Below, in pieces: positions 50,933 to 63,489 of a DNA stretch of 64,000 nt; position 1 is the first letter of the stretch; the number at the start of each line of letters is the position of its first letter. Position numbers and translations under genes: made by a program. Source of the DNA: Phyllobates terribilis (Eukaryota). Where the stretch lies: the NCBI RefSeq assembly GCF_046119375.1, contig NW_027362762.1:391530001-391594000 (forward strand), given 5' to 3'. Below the pieces are notes generated by a model. The model had not been told where the DNA came from, did not search any database, and saw only the letters and a program-made list of their open reading frames with translations.

Positions 50933-51505
50933 TACATCCCCAAAATGGCTACTGCATTCCTTGCTTAGGCTATTCTAAAGGCTATGGTAGTCTGCCCTGA
51001 TTGGCTGCACTATACCATGTGATGACAGCTGCAAGGAATTATGGGGAAGGTCGCACCTGAGGTCACGTCACCTTTCTGTGACTGATGAAATCATCTGCAA
51101 TGTGTAAAATGGTAAAGGACCGGCTGTTCAAATTTGCCAGGAACTACAAATTTATACAATTCTACTCGAAATTCAATTTGCATTGAGTATATTTTCTCAT
51201 CAGTACATACTGCATGTTGTATTAGAAGAAGTGTTGCATAACAGAAATAGTAAGAGTGTAACTAACAAATCTGGAGGTTTTTCCTATTTTCATCACATTA
51301 ATGCTTTACATTTACATTCTTGCTGCAAAAAAATGTAAAATCTCATATACTGTAAGCCCTTAAATAACAATCCCTGGCTAATATGTGTAAATTGTTGATT
51401 AACTATAGCATATATAGTAGATAACTCATGGTTCACGCTTGATGATCTTGTGTATGTTTAAATTAGTTGTCTACTTATGTCTAATCTTTGAATTATTCCT
51501 TACAG

Positions 51506-51668
51506 ATTGATATACGTTATCATACACCTCGTGGAGATTGGAAATCTGAAAACCCTAGGGATTGGAATAATAAAGTACACATTTTACAGTGTACCCAGAT
51601 TCTGGCCTCCATGTTTACAGCAATTCATCAAAAATTTCCAGGGTTTACAAAAGAAGATCAAATGAAAG
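51506..51668 (+). CDS. LYG: g-type lysozyme coding exon 4
   Basis: cttacag|ATT GAT... IDIRYHTPRGDWKSENPRDWNNKVHILQCTQILASMFTAIHQKFPGFTKEDQMK(G)|gtaacc, 163 nt. Confidence 0.92.
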
Positions 51669-53646
51669 GTAACCATTGATTACAGAAAGATATATCTAAT
51701 TTCCTTGACTTGTGAAAGTTTTGATGAATTGGGCCCTTAGATTAAACATCAGAATTCTGGTGTATAAGCTCTGAAAAGTCGTAAAATTTAGGCGCAGTTG
51801 CATCCACATTTTGCGACTTTTGTCTTTTTTACTCCAGTTTCTTCCAGCTCTGATAAAATGGGTGGGACGGAGGTGCGGCTGTGTTGGGACGCCACAGCTT
51901 GTATAATTCATGATGAGCTGTGGTGTTCCCTAACGTCAGAAATCTCACGCCAGTGCTTGACTAGAGTAAGATTTCTGGCATGGCACACGGAGGCACACAC
52001 CACTTATCAGATGCATCTGATTGATGAAGAGGTGTGCACATCTTCATGAATCAGGGGTGTCTGACTCCAGCACATCCCTTCATCAACACCGGCGTGATCA
52101 ACACCGATCTTGATGAGTCAGGCCTTAAGTGTTTATTTTCCAAGTAAATACATACTTACCTTTAGGGGTATGGAAATACCAATAATTACACAATGCATGC
52201 AGATGGCTGAAATGTGGCTGCGGCCTAACGTCTGCATAAGTCTGAAATCACATATGCAGCTTTTTATGGCATTATTTTTTTAGCTTCACAAATATTTGTT
52301 TTGGGAAATATTTGCCAGCAGAAAATACAATTTCTCTGATCATGGGGGCTATGATAAATATTCCCATATCATATGAAAAATTATAATAGAGATCTGGGAG
52401 CCAACAGTAGACACAAAAGAGGAGTCAAGTAACACTCTTTCATTAATTCCAAACATTTCTGCGGCAGACTATGAACACAAGATTGCGGTTCACACGACTC
52501 GAACGCTACAGCCTCACAGGCTTACCGTATATAAAACTGTTGAGATTGGGTCAAAAGACCCAGAGCCGGTCCTGAAGTTGCAGTAAGTACTTGGACTGTG
52601 AAATTTAGAAGTCTGAAGTTTTGACTTCTATTTTCCTACAATTTGAATCCATATTTGGCTCTAAAATGGGCACAAAACAAACTAAAGCTGAATATGAAAT
52701 TTCAGTCTGACAATTGCAACCCCCAGGTCTCATTTAGTTCAGCTAGACGTTCTCCTTAATAACGCTATCATAATCCATGAATTCTTGACATCTTTTCACC
52801 TTGAACCAGACTGGCCATACTGCATTAATCACTTTTATGAACAAGGTGTCTTTGACCATAGAACTAGCACTTTTCTCTGTACACTGTTCAGTATGTAGTG
52901 CACCAAGCCTGTAACAGCAGTTGAAGAAAGCCACATCACTCCCAATAAACAGCATACAATAAAGCATTTCACAAGGTTTGTTCTGTTGAATTCTTCAAAG
53001 AAAATTAAGTTAGCGTTAACTCGCCCTAAGAGCTTTTCATATGCAGTATTTTGTTTTTAAAAATCCCACCTTTTGTTAAGCCAAAGGCAGAATAAGGACT
53101 CAGAAGGAATGAGAAATATATTAGGAAAAAAATGTATATTTCTCCTTGATGGATTCTCTTCTCTTCTGGCTTTAGCTGATAAAACGGCATGAAAAATTGA
53201 AGTGGCCTTAAAAAAAAAAAAAAAAAAAAATACTGTATGGGAAACCACTCTAGGAGTTGGTGCACAAGACATCTATTAGACACCATTATACCCACATATT
53301 GGTTTTAAAGCAGAAGATACTTCAGGAAAACTCCAGATGTATTTTTCCGGAAGCATCTTCTTTGGCTTCTTTTAGGTAGTTTTTATGATGGTTTGCATGC
53401 AACGTTTTTTTCAGGAAGATGCCACTTGAAATCCACCTTAAAGAGGTTGTCTAATCTTCTTTCCACTGTTTAAATAGATGGGGGCATTATGTAGTGTAGT
53501 GGACAACCTCTTTAAGAAATGCTAAAAAATGCTATACATACACATATATACAGTACAAAAAATGTACAGGTAAACAGTATGTGTATCTTGACAGCAGATT
53601 AAATATATTTTGTACATACCTACTAATCTCATGCATTATTTCACAG

Positions 53647-53780
53647 GTGCTCTTGCAGCCTACAATGCTGGTCCAGGCAATGTCACCAATTTGCATGATC
53701 CGGACAGCCGCACAACAGGAAAGGACTACTCTAATGATGTTGTTGCTAGAGCAAAGTTTTTTAAAAGACGAGGATTTTAA
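53647..53780 (+). CDS. LYG: g-type lysozyme last coding exon
   Basis: ttcacag|GT GCT... ALAAYNAGPGNVTNLHDPDSRTTGKDYSNDVVARAKFFKRRGF*. Spliced CDS is 7+81+200+163+134=585 nt = 194 aa. AATAAA at 53798-53803 and 53861-53866. Confidence 0.95.
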
Positions 53781-54094
53781 CTTTACCTCATAATATTAAT
53801 AAAGTAACTATAGTGTGTGTTGAACAGCCTATCACTATGCAGTATTATCATTCCATTAAAAATAAAGCTTTATAAATCAGTCCATGACTATGTCTGTCTA
53901 ATATTCTAATCCTCTCTCACCTAATGAGGACGCCAAAGTAGGTTTATGCACTACAGTAGAAATAAACAAGGGCAAATAACCATAGAAATTTGTTCAGAAA
54001 ATCTTTAAAAATACTCATTCCATATAGGACCAAGTTTTGCAAAGTGAAGGTGCTTTGTCATCTTTGCAGTCTTTTTTGTTAGTCTAAACTTTAG

Positions 54095-56700
54095 CAACTT
54101 ACCGCAGAAGCCTGTTTTCACCTTCCTGACCAAGCCAAATTTTTCTTTTTGTTATAAATGTAGAATGGTTAAAAGTTTAGCTGTAATTTTTCATTTTTTC
54201 CAACAAAATGTGCAAAACCTATTTTATTAGGGACCACTTCACATTTGAAGTGACTTTTGGGGGCCTATATGTCAAAAAATGCCAAAAACTTACCTAATTT
54301 TAAAAACTGCACCTTTCAAGGTATTGAAAACCACATTAAGGCTATGTGCCCACAATGCAGAAATGCTCCGGATTTTTCTTGAGCGTTTCTCCATCTCCCT
54401 GGCAGAAAAAACGCATGCGGATTGTACATGCGTTTTTCCTGCCAGGGACATGCGGATGTGAAGCGTTCTTCACATGCATTTCCACATGCGGGTTGTCAAG
54501 CGCTTTCCAAGTGATTTTAGCATCACTTGGAAAGTGCTTGACAACTTGGTCACACTATATAAATCCATGCAAACGGCATGGATTTATATAGTGTGACTGA
54601 AAGAATGGTAAAAAATAAAAAACAAATATTATACTTACCTTCTGATGACCCCCGGTGTCCTTGTCTTGGCTTGCCGGCAGCTCGCAGTAGATTTAAGGAC
54701 CTGCCGACGTCAGTGATCTCGTGACCAGTCACATGACTAAATGATGTCAGCGCAGGTCCTTTAGTCTATCGCGAGCTGCCGGCAAGCTGAGACAAGCACA
54801 CCGGGGGCCATCAGAAGGTAAGTATAATATTTATTTTTTATTTTATTCTTTTTTTTACAGGTACTATGGTACCCGGGTCCGGAGGAAAGTCTCCTCTTCT
54901 CCAAACCCGGGTACCATCCGCACATTGAAACGCATGGATTCCGCATGTACAGATCCAGTGATGCGGATTCCATGCGTTCCAATGCAATTCAATGGCGGCA
55001 AAAACGCAGCGCTTACGCAAAATAATTGGTAGTGCTGCACATTTTTATGATAATCCGCAGAGGAAATTTCCACAGCATGTGCACAGCACATGCGGATTAT
55101 CATTGGGAAACATGGCAGACCTTCTACCAAGGGTTATTTAAGTGTTTCTGCAGCGGAATTGCCGCTGCGGAAACGCTTAAAAAACGTATAGTGGGCACAC
55201 AGCCTTAGGAAGTTTTGTTAACCCTTCAGTTGCTTCACAGGAACTAAAACAAACTGGAAACAAAAAGTGAAAAATTTGTTATTTTCCATCTAAACCCCAC
55301 ATTTTTAATTTTCACAAGGGTAACAGGAGAAATTGCACAATACATTGTGTGGTCCATTTTCTCTTGAGTACACAGATATCCCATATGTGGTGGAAAACTA
55401 CTGTTTGGATACCTCGCACACCTCAGAAGGAAAAGAGAACCATTTGAATTTTGGAGCACCATTTTGGCTAGAATAGATCGAGGACACCATGATGCATTTG
55501 AGGAGCCCCTGACATGCCAAAACAGAAAAAAAACTCAAGTGACCCCATTTTGGAAACTACACCGCTCAAAGACTTCATCTAGGAGTGCAGTGAGCATCAA
55601 GAAACCACACGTGATTAGCGGAATTGTATAACATTGGGCTGAGAAATGAAAAAATTACATTTATTTTTCCACAAAAATATTGCTTTAGCCCCAAATTTTT
55701 CATTTTCTAAAGAGAAGCAGGAGTAATAGGAGAAATTGCACAGCAAATTGTGTGGTCCAGAGTATGACAATACTCCATAGGTGGTCGCAAAATACTGTTT
55801 GGGCACACTGGAGGGCTCAGAAAGGAAGAAGCGCTATTTGAATGTTAAAGTGCCATTTTGGCTAGAATAGATGGAGGACGCCATGTTACATTTGAAGAGA
55901 CCCTGACATGCCCAAATAGCAGAAGCCCCCAAAAGTTACCTCATTTTGGAAACTACACCTCTCGAGGTATTCATCTAAGGGTGTAGTGAGCATTTTTAAC
56001 GCTCAGGTGATTCACAGAATTGTATAACATTGGGCTCTGTAAATGAAAAATTAGATTTTTTCCACTAAAATGTTGCTTTGGCCCCAAGTTTTTAATTTTC
56101 AAAAGAGGTAATAGGAAAAAACGAATGTTACAATTTGTTATGCACTTACTCCTGTGTTCCCCAATGCCCCATATGTGGTCATAAACTACTTTTGAGTCAC
56201 AGTGCAAAGCACAGAAAAAAGGAGCGCCATATTACAGTCAAGATTTTGCTGGAACGGTTTGAGGGTGCCATGTGACATCGGCAGAGCCCCAGGCATAGCA
56301 TAAAAGCAGACCCCCAATAAGTGACCCCATTTTACAAACTACATCTCTCAATGGCTTCATCTCAGGGTGCAATGAGTATGTTGACACCACAGGTGTGTCA
56401 CAGAAGTTTATACCATTGGGTGGTGAAGAAGAAAAAATTACATTTTTACTACTAAAATGTTGTTTTAGCCCCAAGTTTTTAGTTTTTATAAGGGCTAATA
56501 GGAAAAAAATGGACAGCATAGTTTTTTGTACAATTTCTCTTGAGTATGCCAATACCCTACATGTAATCAGGAACTACTTTTCAGGCACAGTGGAAAGGTC
56601 AGAAGGGAAGGAGCGCTATATTATAGTCCATATTTTGCTGTTATGGTTTGCATGTGCCATGTTACATTGGCAGATCCCCAAGGTAACAGAACAGCAGAAC
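54095..56700. mobile_element. piggyBac-like family copy in opposite orientation; continues at 62669-62790 after a hAT insertion
   Basis: Reverse complement of the 47-48 kb terminal region; about 390-bp units; the repeat unit is rejoined across 56700/62669. Confidence 0.7.
54339..55205. mobile_element. MITE with AGGCTATGTGCCCACA termini (long version with central hairpin)
   Basis: TA|AGGCT...AGCCT|TA; removing it restores the host motif ccacatTAggaagtttt..aacccttcag; internal hairpin 54623-54830. Confidence 0.9.
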
Positions 56701-57079
56701 CAGGGGCATATCAAGGGGGCAGCTGGCACGGCATTTGCCCCAAGTGCAGCCAGCAGGGGGGCGCTGTCGGACTGGCTGATGCGGTAGTCCGAGGCGTCTC
56801 CCCGGTGGCTGCATTTTTCCGCCCCCCGTAGTGGAAGTCACCCATTTTCTGAGCCAGCTGTCAAGCTGACAGATAGCTCAAAGAAGGTGCAGCGCTCCAG
56901 CTCCCAGTGATCAATTGCATTCGCGTCTTTCAGGTGTGAGTACAATTGAAGTCCTGACCTCCGGCACTTCCTGGACAGGGCGACGTCAGCAGCATGATCA
57001 GTCATGTGAAGCTTGTTGTGGTAAGTGCTCCAATGGAGCTGAAGACACCAAAGATTTATTGTAATTAGGGAAAGGGGGG

Positions 57080-57950
57080 AAGAGTACACAGTATGAGGAG
57101 AGAGGGTGAGGGGAATGTATGCAGACATAGTATGGGGAGCGATGGGGATGGGTGAAGACACAGTATGAGGAGCGAGGGGGGTGTGTATGTTGACACAGTA
57201 TGGGGAGCAAACGGGGGGAAAAAAATTGAGGACACAGTATGGGGATCGAGGGGGGGATGGGTGCGGACACAGTATGGAAAAAGAGAGATGGAGGGATGGG
57301 TGTGGACACAATATAGGGAGCGAGGGGGGATTTGAGGACATTATGGGGAGTGATGGGCTAAATTTGAAGGCAGCATGGGGAGCGAGGAGGCGGGAAGGGA
57401 GAAGACACAGTAGAAGGAGCAAGAGGGGAAATTTGAGGACACAGTATGGGGAGCGAGTGGGGATGGGTGAGGACACAATATGGGGAATAAAGGGGAATGG
57501 GTGTGAACACAGTATGGGGAGCGAGGGAGGAATTTGAGGACAGTATGGGAAGCGAGGGGGTAAATTTTAGGACACAGTATAGGGAGCGAGGAGGGGATGG
57601 GTGCAGACACAGTATGGGATCAAAGGGGGATGAGAGAGGAAACAGTATGGGAAGCAGGAGGGATGTGTCAGTGGACTAATGTGGGAAATAGTGTGAGGAG
57701 ACAGTATGGGATGAGAAAGATGTGAAGGGGCACAGAAAAGAGACTGGGTAGTGTGGGGGCAGTATGGAATAGGGACAGTATGGGTGGACAGTGTGAGGCC
57801 ACAGCAACGAGGAGACATTATGCCGAGGAGTGGAAGAGTGATGAGGGAGCACAGTATAGAGACTGGACAGTATAGGGGGACACAGTGTGAGAGGACAGTG
57901 TGAAGATGGGGCTCAGTAGGCAAAGTAGAAGGCAGTATGGAGGGCATATA
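57080..57950. repeat. G-rich degenerate minisatellite (ACACAGTATGGGGAGCGAGGGG-based)
   Basis: Recurrent CACAGTATGGG anchor every 30-45 bp inside the hAT element. Confidence 0.85.
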
Positions 57951-58429
57951 TCATAAGAGAGACATTGTGTGGGTTGGTCATATTTTTTGAAGGGAACACA
58001 ATGAGGAGCAATTATTTATTCAGGGGCACGGCGTAGGGCAGATATTTTTAGTCAGGAGTATTATAATGACACTGCTATTTTTAAGGGTATCATGTGGAGA
58101 TGTGCTGCACAAGACCAGAGAAGATAGAAGTGTGCAGAGATGAGCTGTGGCTGTGATAAGTCATCAAGGCGTCTGGACAAGATGAAGAAAAGAAAAAGAA
58201 TGACTCCAATCAGAGACAACGTCATCTGTAAGGTACCTGGATGTAAATGTTTATTTGTGATACTGTCTAATTCTCACCAGTACTGTGGTTCCTGTATGGA
58301 CTGCAGTCTGATGATGACTAATAGCAACTACTCCCAGTATCTCCTTACCACTGTTAAGGATGTACTGGAAGTTGTAGGTTCATGAGATACAAATGTATAT
58401 GAGTTTGACCTGACATTACAATTGATGTA

Positions 58430-58703
58430 ACATGTACTGATGGTGGTTCTAGTGCTGAATTCATGTACTGATGGTGATCCTAGTAATGTATTCATCTACT
58501 GATGGTTGTCCTGGTGATATATTCATGCGCTGATGGTAGTTTTGTTGATGTATTCCTCTACTGATGGTTGTTATTGTGATGTATACCAGTACTGATGAGG
58601 GTTTTGATGCTGTGTCTGTACTGATGAGGGTTATACTGATGTATTTCTGTACTGCTGGTGGATCTGATGATACATTTCTGTACTGCTGGTTGTTCTGGTG
58701 ATG
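58430..58703. repeat. About 30-bp minisatellite (TACTGATGGTGGTTCTGGTGATGTATTC-like), continuing at 61844-61930
   Basis: The array is split by the Tc1 at 58706-61841. Confidence 0.8.
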
Positions 58704-58705
58704 TA

Positions 58706-61700
58706 CAGTGGTGTGAAAAAGTGTTTGCCCCCTTCCTGATTTCTTATTCTTTTGCATTTTTGTCACATTTAAATGTTTCAGATCACAAAACAAATTTAAA
58801 TATTAGACAAATATAACACAAGTAAACACAAAGTGCAGTTTTTAAATGAAGGTCTTTATTGTTAAGGGAAAAAGAAATCCAAACCTACAGGGCCCTGTGT
58901 GAAAAAGTGATTGCCCCTAACCTAAAAACTGGTTGGGCCATCCTTAGCAGCAACAACTGCAACCAAGCGTTTGCGATAACTGGCAATCAGTCTTTTACAA
59001 CGCTCTGGAGGAATTTTTGTCCCACTCATCTTTGCAAAATTGTTGTAGTTAAGCCACATTGGAGGGTTACTAAGCATGAACAGCCTTTTTAAGGTTTTGC
59101 TACAGCATCTCAATCGGATTAAGGTCAGGACTTAGACTAGGTCACTCCAAAGTCTTAATTTTGTTTTTCTTAAGCCATTGAGAGGTGAACTTGCTGGTGT
59201 GTTTTGGATCATTGTCCTGCTGCATAACCCAAGTGTGCTTCAGCTTGAGGTCATGAACAGATGGCCGGACATTTTCCTTCAGGATTTTTTGGTAGACAGC
59301 AGAATTCATGGTTCCATTTACCACAGTAAGTCTTCCTGGTCCTGATGCAACAAAACAGACCCAGACCATCACACTACCACCACCATATTTTGGTATATGG
59401 TATGATGTTCCTTTTCTGAAATGCTGTTTTACTTCTATGCCAGATGTAATGGGACATACAAGTGCTTCTCACTAAATTAGAATATCATCAAAAAGTTAAT
59501 TTATTTCAGTTCCTCAATGCAAAAAGTGAAACTCATATATTATATAGAGCCATTACAAACAGAGTGATCTATTTCAAATATTTATTTCTGTTAATGTTGA
59601 TGATTATGGCTTACAGCCAATGAAAACACAAAAGTCATTATTTCAGTAAATTAGAATACTTTATAACAACAGCTTGAAAAATGTTTTTAAAATCCGAAAT
59701 GTTGGCCTACTGAGATGTATGTTCAGTGAATGCACTCAATACTTGGTCGGGGCTCCTTTTGCATCAATTATTGCATCAATGCGGCGTGGCATGGAGGCGA
59801 TCAGCCTGTGGCACTGCTGAGGTGTTATGGAAGCCCAGGTTGTTTTGATAGCAGCCTTCAGCTCGTCTGCATTGTTGTGTCTGGTGTCTCTCATCTTCCT
59901 CTTGACAATACGGGGTTAAGGTCAGGCTAGTTTGCTGGCCAATCAAGCACAGTGATACTGTTGTTTTTAAACCAGGTATTGGTACTTTTGGGAGTGTGGA
60001 CAGGTGCCACGTCCTGCTGGAGAATTAAATTTCCATCTCCAAAAAGCTTGTCAGCAGAGGGAAGCATGAAGTGCTCTAAAATTTCCTGATAGACGGCTGC
60101 GCTGACTTTGGTCTTGATAAAACACAGTGAACCTACACCAGCAGATGACATGGCTCCCCAAACCATCTCTGATTGTGGAAACTTCACACTAGACCTCAAG
60201 CAGCTTGGATTGTGTGCCTCTCCACTCTTCCTCCAGACTCTGGGACCTTGATTTCCAAATGAAATGCAAAATGTACTTTCATCTGAAAATAACACCTTGG
60301 ACCACTGAGCAACAGTCCAGGTCTTTTTCTCCTTGGCCCAGGTAAGATGCTTCTGACGTTGTCTATTGGTCAAGAGTGGCTTGACACAAAAAATGCGACA
60401 CTTGTAGCTCATGTCCTGGATACGTCTCTGTGTGGTGGCTCTTGAAGCAATGACTCCAGCAGCAGTCCACTCCTTGTGAATCTCCACAAATTTTTGAATA
60501 GCCTTTTCTTAACAATCCTTTCAAGGCTGCGGTTATCCCGGTTGCTTGTGCACCTTTTTCTACCACACTTTTTCCTTCCACTAAACTTTCCATTAATATG
60601 CTTGGATACAGCACTCTGTGAACAGCCAGCTTCTTTAGCAATGACCTTTTGTGGCTTACCCACCTTGTGGAGTGTGTCAATGACTGCCTTTTGGACATCT
60701 GTCAAGTCAGCAGTCTTCCTCGTGATTGTGGAGCCTACTGAAACAGAATAAGGGACCTTTTTAAATGCTAAGGAAGCCTTTCCAGGTGTTTTTTGGTAAT
60801 TATTCTAATTTCCTGAGATAATGACTTTTGTGTTTTCATTGGCTGTAAGCCATACTCATCAGCATTAACAGAAATAAACACCTGAAATAGATCACTCTGT
60901 TTGTAATGACTCTGTATAATATATGAGTTTCACTTTTTGTAGCGAAGAACTGAAATAAATTAACTTTTTGATTATATTCTAATTTAGTGAGAAGAACTTG
61001 TACACGTTCAACTTTTGTCTCGTCAGTCCACAGAACATTCTCCCAAAAGTCTTGGCAATCATCAAGGTGTTTTCTGGTATAACTGAGATGAGCTTTTATG
61101 TTCTTTTTGCTCACAGTGGTTTTCGTCTGGGAACTCTGCCATGCATGGCATTTTTGCCCAGTTTCTTTCTTATGGTGGAGTCATGAACACTGAACTTAAC
61201 TGAGGTAAGTGAGGCGTGCAGTTCTTTGTATATTTTTGTGGGGTCTTTTGTGACCTCTTGAATGAGTGGTCGCTGTGCTTTTGGGGTCATTTTGGTCAGC
61301 CGGCTACTCCTGGGAAGGTTCACCACTGTTCTATGTTTTCGCCATTTGTGGATAATGGCTCTCACTGTTGTTTGCTGGGGTCTCAAAGCTCAATAACCTT
61401 TTTGAGACTTATAGATCTCAATTACTTTGTTTGTCATTTGTTCCTGAATTTCTTTGGATCGCAGCATGATGTGTAGCTTTTAAAGATCTTTAGGTCTACT
61501 TCACTTTGTCAGGCCGGTCTTATTTAAGCGAGTTCTTGATTGAAAACAGGTGTGGCAGTAATCAGGCCTGTGTGTGGCTAGGGAAATTGAACGCAGCTTC
61601 CCAAAGATGTGATACAACACAGTTAATTTATGTTTTATGGGGGGGGCAATCACTTTTTCAGATTTGGATTTCTTTTCCCCTTAATAATAAAGACCTTCCC

Positions 61701-61841
61701 TTAAAAACTGCATTTTGTGTTTTTTTTTGTGTTATCTTTGTTTAATATTTCAATTTACTTTCTGATCTGAAGCATTTACGTGTGACAAACATGCAAAAGA
61801 ATAAGAAATCGGGAAGGGGCAAACACTTTTTCACACCACTG
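58706..61841 (-). mobile_element. Tc1 element family B, disrupted
   Basis: TA|CAGTGGTGTGAAAAAGTGTTTGCCCC...GGGGCAAACACTTTTTCACACCACTG|TA; remnants [22 protein letters not shown]. Confidence 0.92.
59459..61000 (-). mobile_element. Tc1 family A copy 3 nested in family B
   Basis: TA|CAAGTGCTTCTCACTAAATTAG...CTAATTTAGTGAGAAGAACTTG|TA; frameshifted transposase. Confidence 0.93.
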
Positions 61842-62796
61842 TATATCTGTACTGATGAGGGTTGTGATGCTGTGTTTCCGTAATGCTGGTGGTTCTGGTG
61901 ATGGATTCTTGTGCGGTTATTGGTTCTGATCCTGTACACATGTAACAATCCATAACTTGTAAGATTACATGATACATGGCTATGTTAATAAAATGTTGTG
62001 CTGTCTGGCAAGTTAAGGTTACTATGTTTTTATTTATGTCAAGAGCATTAAAGAGGTTGTTCAAGTTTGTGATGAGTCTGCAGTCATTCTAAATGACTGC
62101 ACACTTCTGAATTCTCGCAGCGCGCACTGCATGCTCTTAGGATTCTCTGGTGCCTTCGATGAGGGTTAGAGGTCACAAAACCGCAAGTATGCGATTTGCA
62201 TACACGCGTTCACATGGCAAATAGAAATGTGTGGCCTCATTCAATGAAAATGAATTGAGCGAGGTCAGACACGTCTAATCGGAATGTGGCCAGAAGTATA
62301 TAAATCGCATACCCTATCACAAGCCCTTTAATTATAAAGTTAATCCCTGTAGCATGCCAATCCTAACAGTTTGTAATATACTCACAGTCAGGATTCAGCT
62401 CTGCTTACTAGTTCCAGCAGTCATCACATGGCCATTTCACTCATTTTCATACTTACGGTCATGTGACAACTAGTTTTTCTTCCTGCGTCTCTCAGTTTTT
62501 CACTAACCATTGAGAGAATTAGGAAGAGCAGCTAGTCGGCACATGACTGTATGTGTGCAAATCGCATATGAATGATTAGTTACATGACGACTTCTCAAAC
62601 CGCATAGGGGAGGGGGCACCAATCTGAATTCTTGCCCCGGGTGCCAGAAAGTCACCTCTGAGCAGAACCCCGCCATAAGTGACCCCATATTGCAAACTAC
62701 ACCTCTGCAGTGAGCATATTGACAGGTGTGTCACAGAATTTTATACCATTGGGCAGTGAAGAAAAAATAATTACATTTGTACAAAAAAAAAAACGG

Positions 62797-63320
62797 TCTG
62801 GGTCTCCATGCGAGATCTCGCCTCGTGGGCTAAGGATGATTCTGAGAAAAGTCAGGAATCAGCCCAGAACTACATGGGAATACCTGGTCAATGACCTGAA
62901 GAGAGCTGGGAACGCAGTCTCAAACATTACTGTTAGTAACACACTACGCCGTTATGGATTAAAATCCTGCAGGGCACGCAAGGTCCCCCTGCTCACACCA
63001 GCATATGTCCAGGCACGTTTGAAGTTTAGCAATGACCATCTGGATGATCCAGAGGAGGCATGGGTGAAGGTAATGTGGTCAGATGAGACCAAAATAGAAC
63101 TTTTTGGTATCAACTCCACTCACCGTGTTTGGAGTAAGAAGGATGAATACAACCCCAAGAACACCATCCCAAACATGAAGCATGGAGGGGGAAACATCAT
63201 ACTTTGGTGGTGCTTTTCTGCAAAGGGGACAGGACGACTGCCCTGTATTGAAGAAAGGATGGATGGGGTCATGTGTCACAAGATTTTGGCCAACAAGCTC
63301 CTTCCCTCAGTAAGAGCATC
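62797..63320 (+). mobile_element. Internal Tc1 transposase fragment without TIRs
   Basis: [20 protein letters not shown] and [10 protein letters not shown] motifs; truncated before D2. Confidence 0.85.
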
Positions 63321-63489
63321 AGTGGGCTTGAACTGGCCCACAGGAGAATCCTCCGGTTGGCCTCTGTGGGCCACCACTCTCTTATATGAGTAGTGCTTGG
63401 CACAATATACTTGAATCACTATGTGCAGACAAAGTCAGCATCTTATTCATTTAAAAATCTACCCAGTTCATTGTTATATAAATGACATG

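Larger units (their letters stand above)
56701..62660. mobile_element. hAT-type non-autonomous element, 5960 bp including nested insertions
   Basis: Perfect 8-bp TSD AGCAGAAC at 56693-56700 and 62661-62668; CAGGGG.../...CCTCTG termini. Confidence 0.85.

Noticed and set aside
56750-56766. CTCF-like CCAGCAGGGGGGCGCT
   Set aside because: One G too many for the consensus spacing.
56838-57947. Several ORFs including one of 212 aa
   Set aside because: Low-complexity translation of a G-rich minisatellite.
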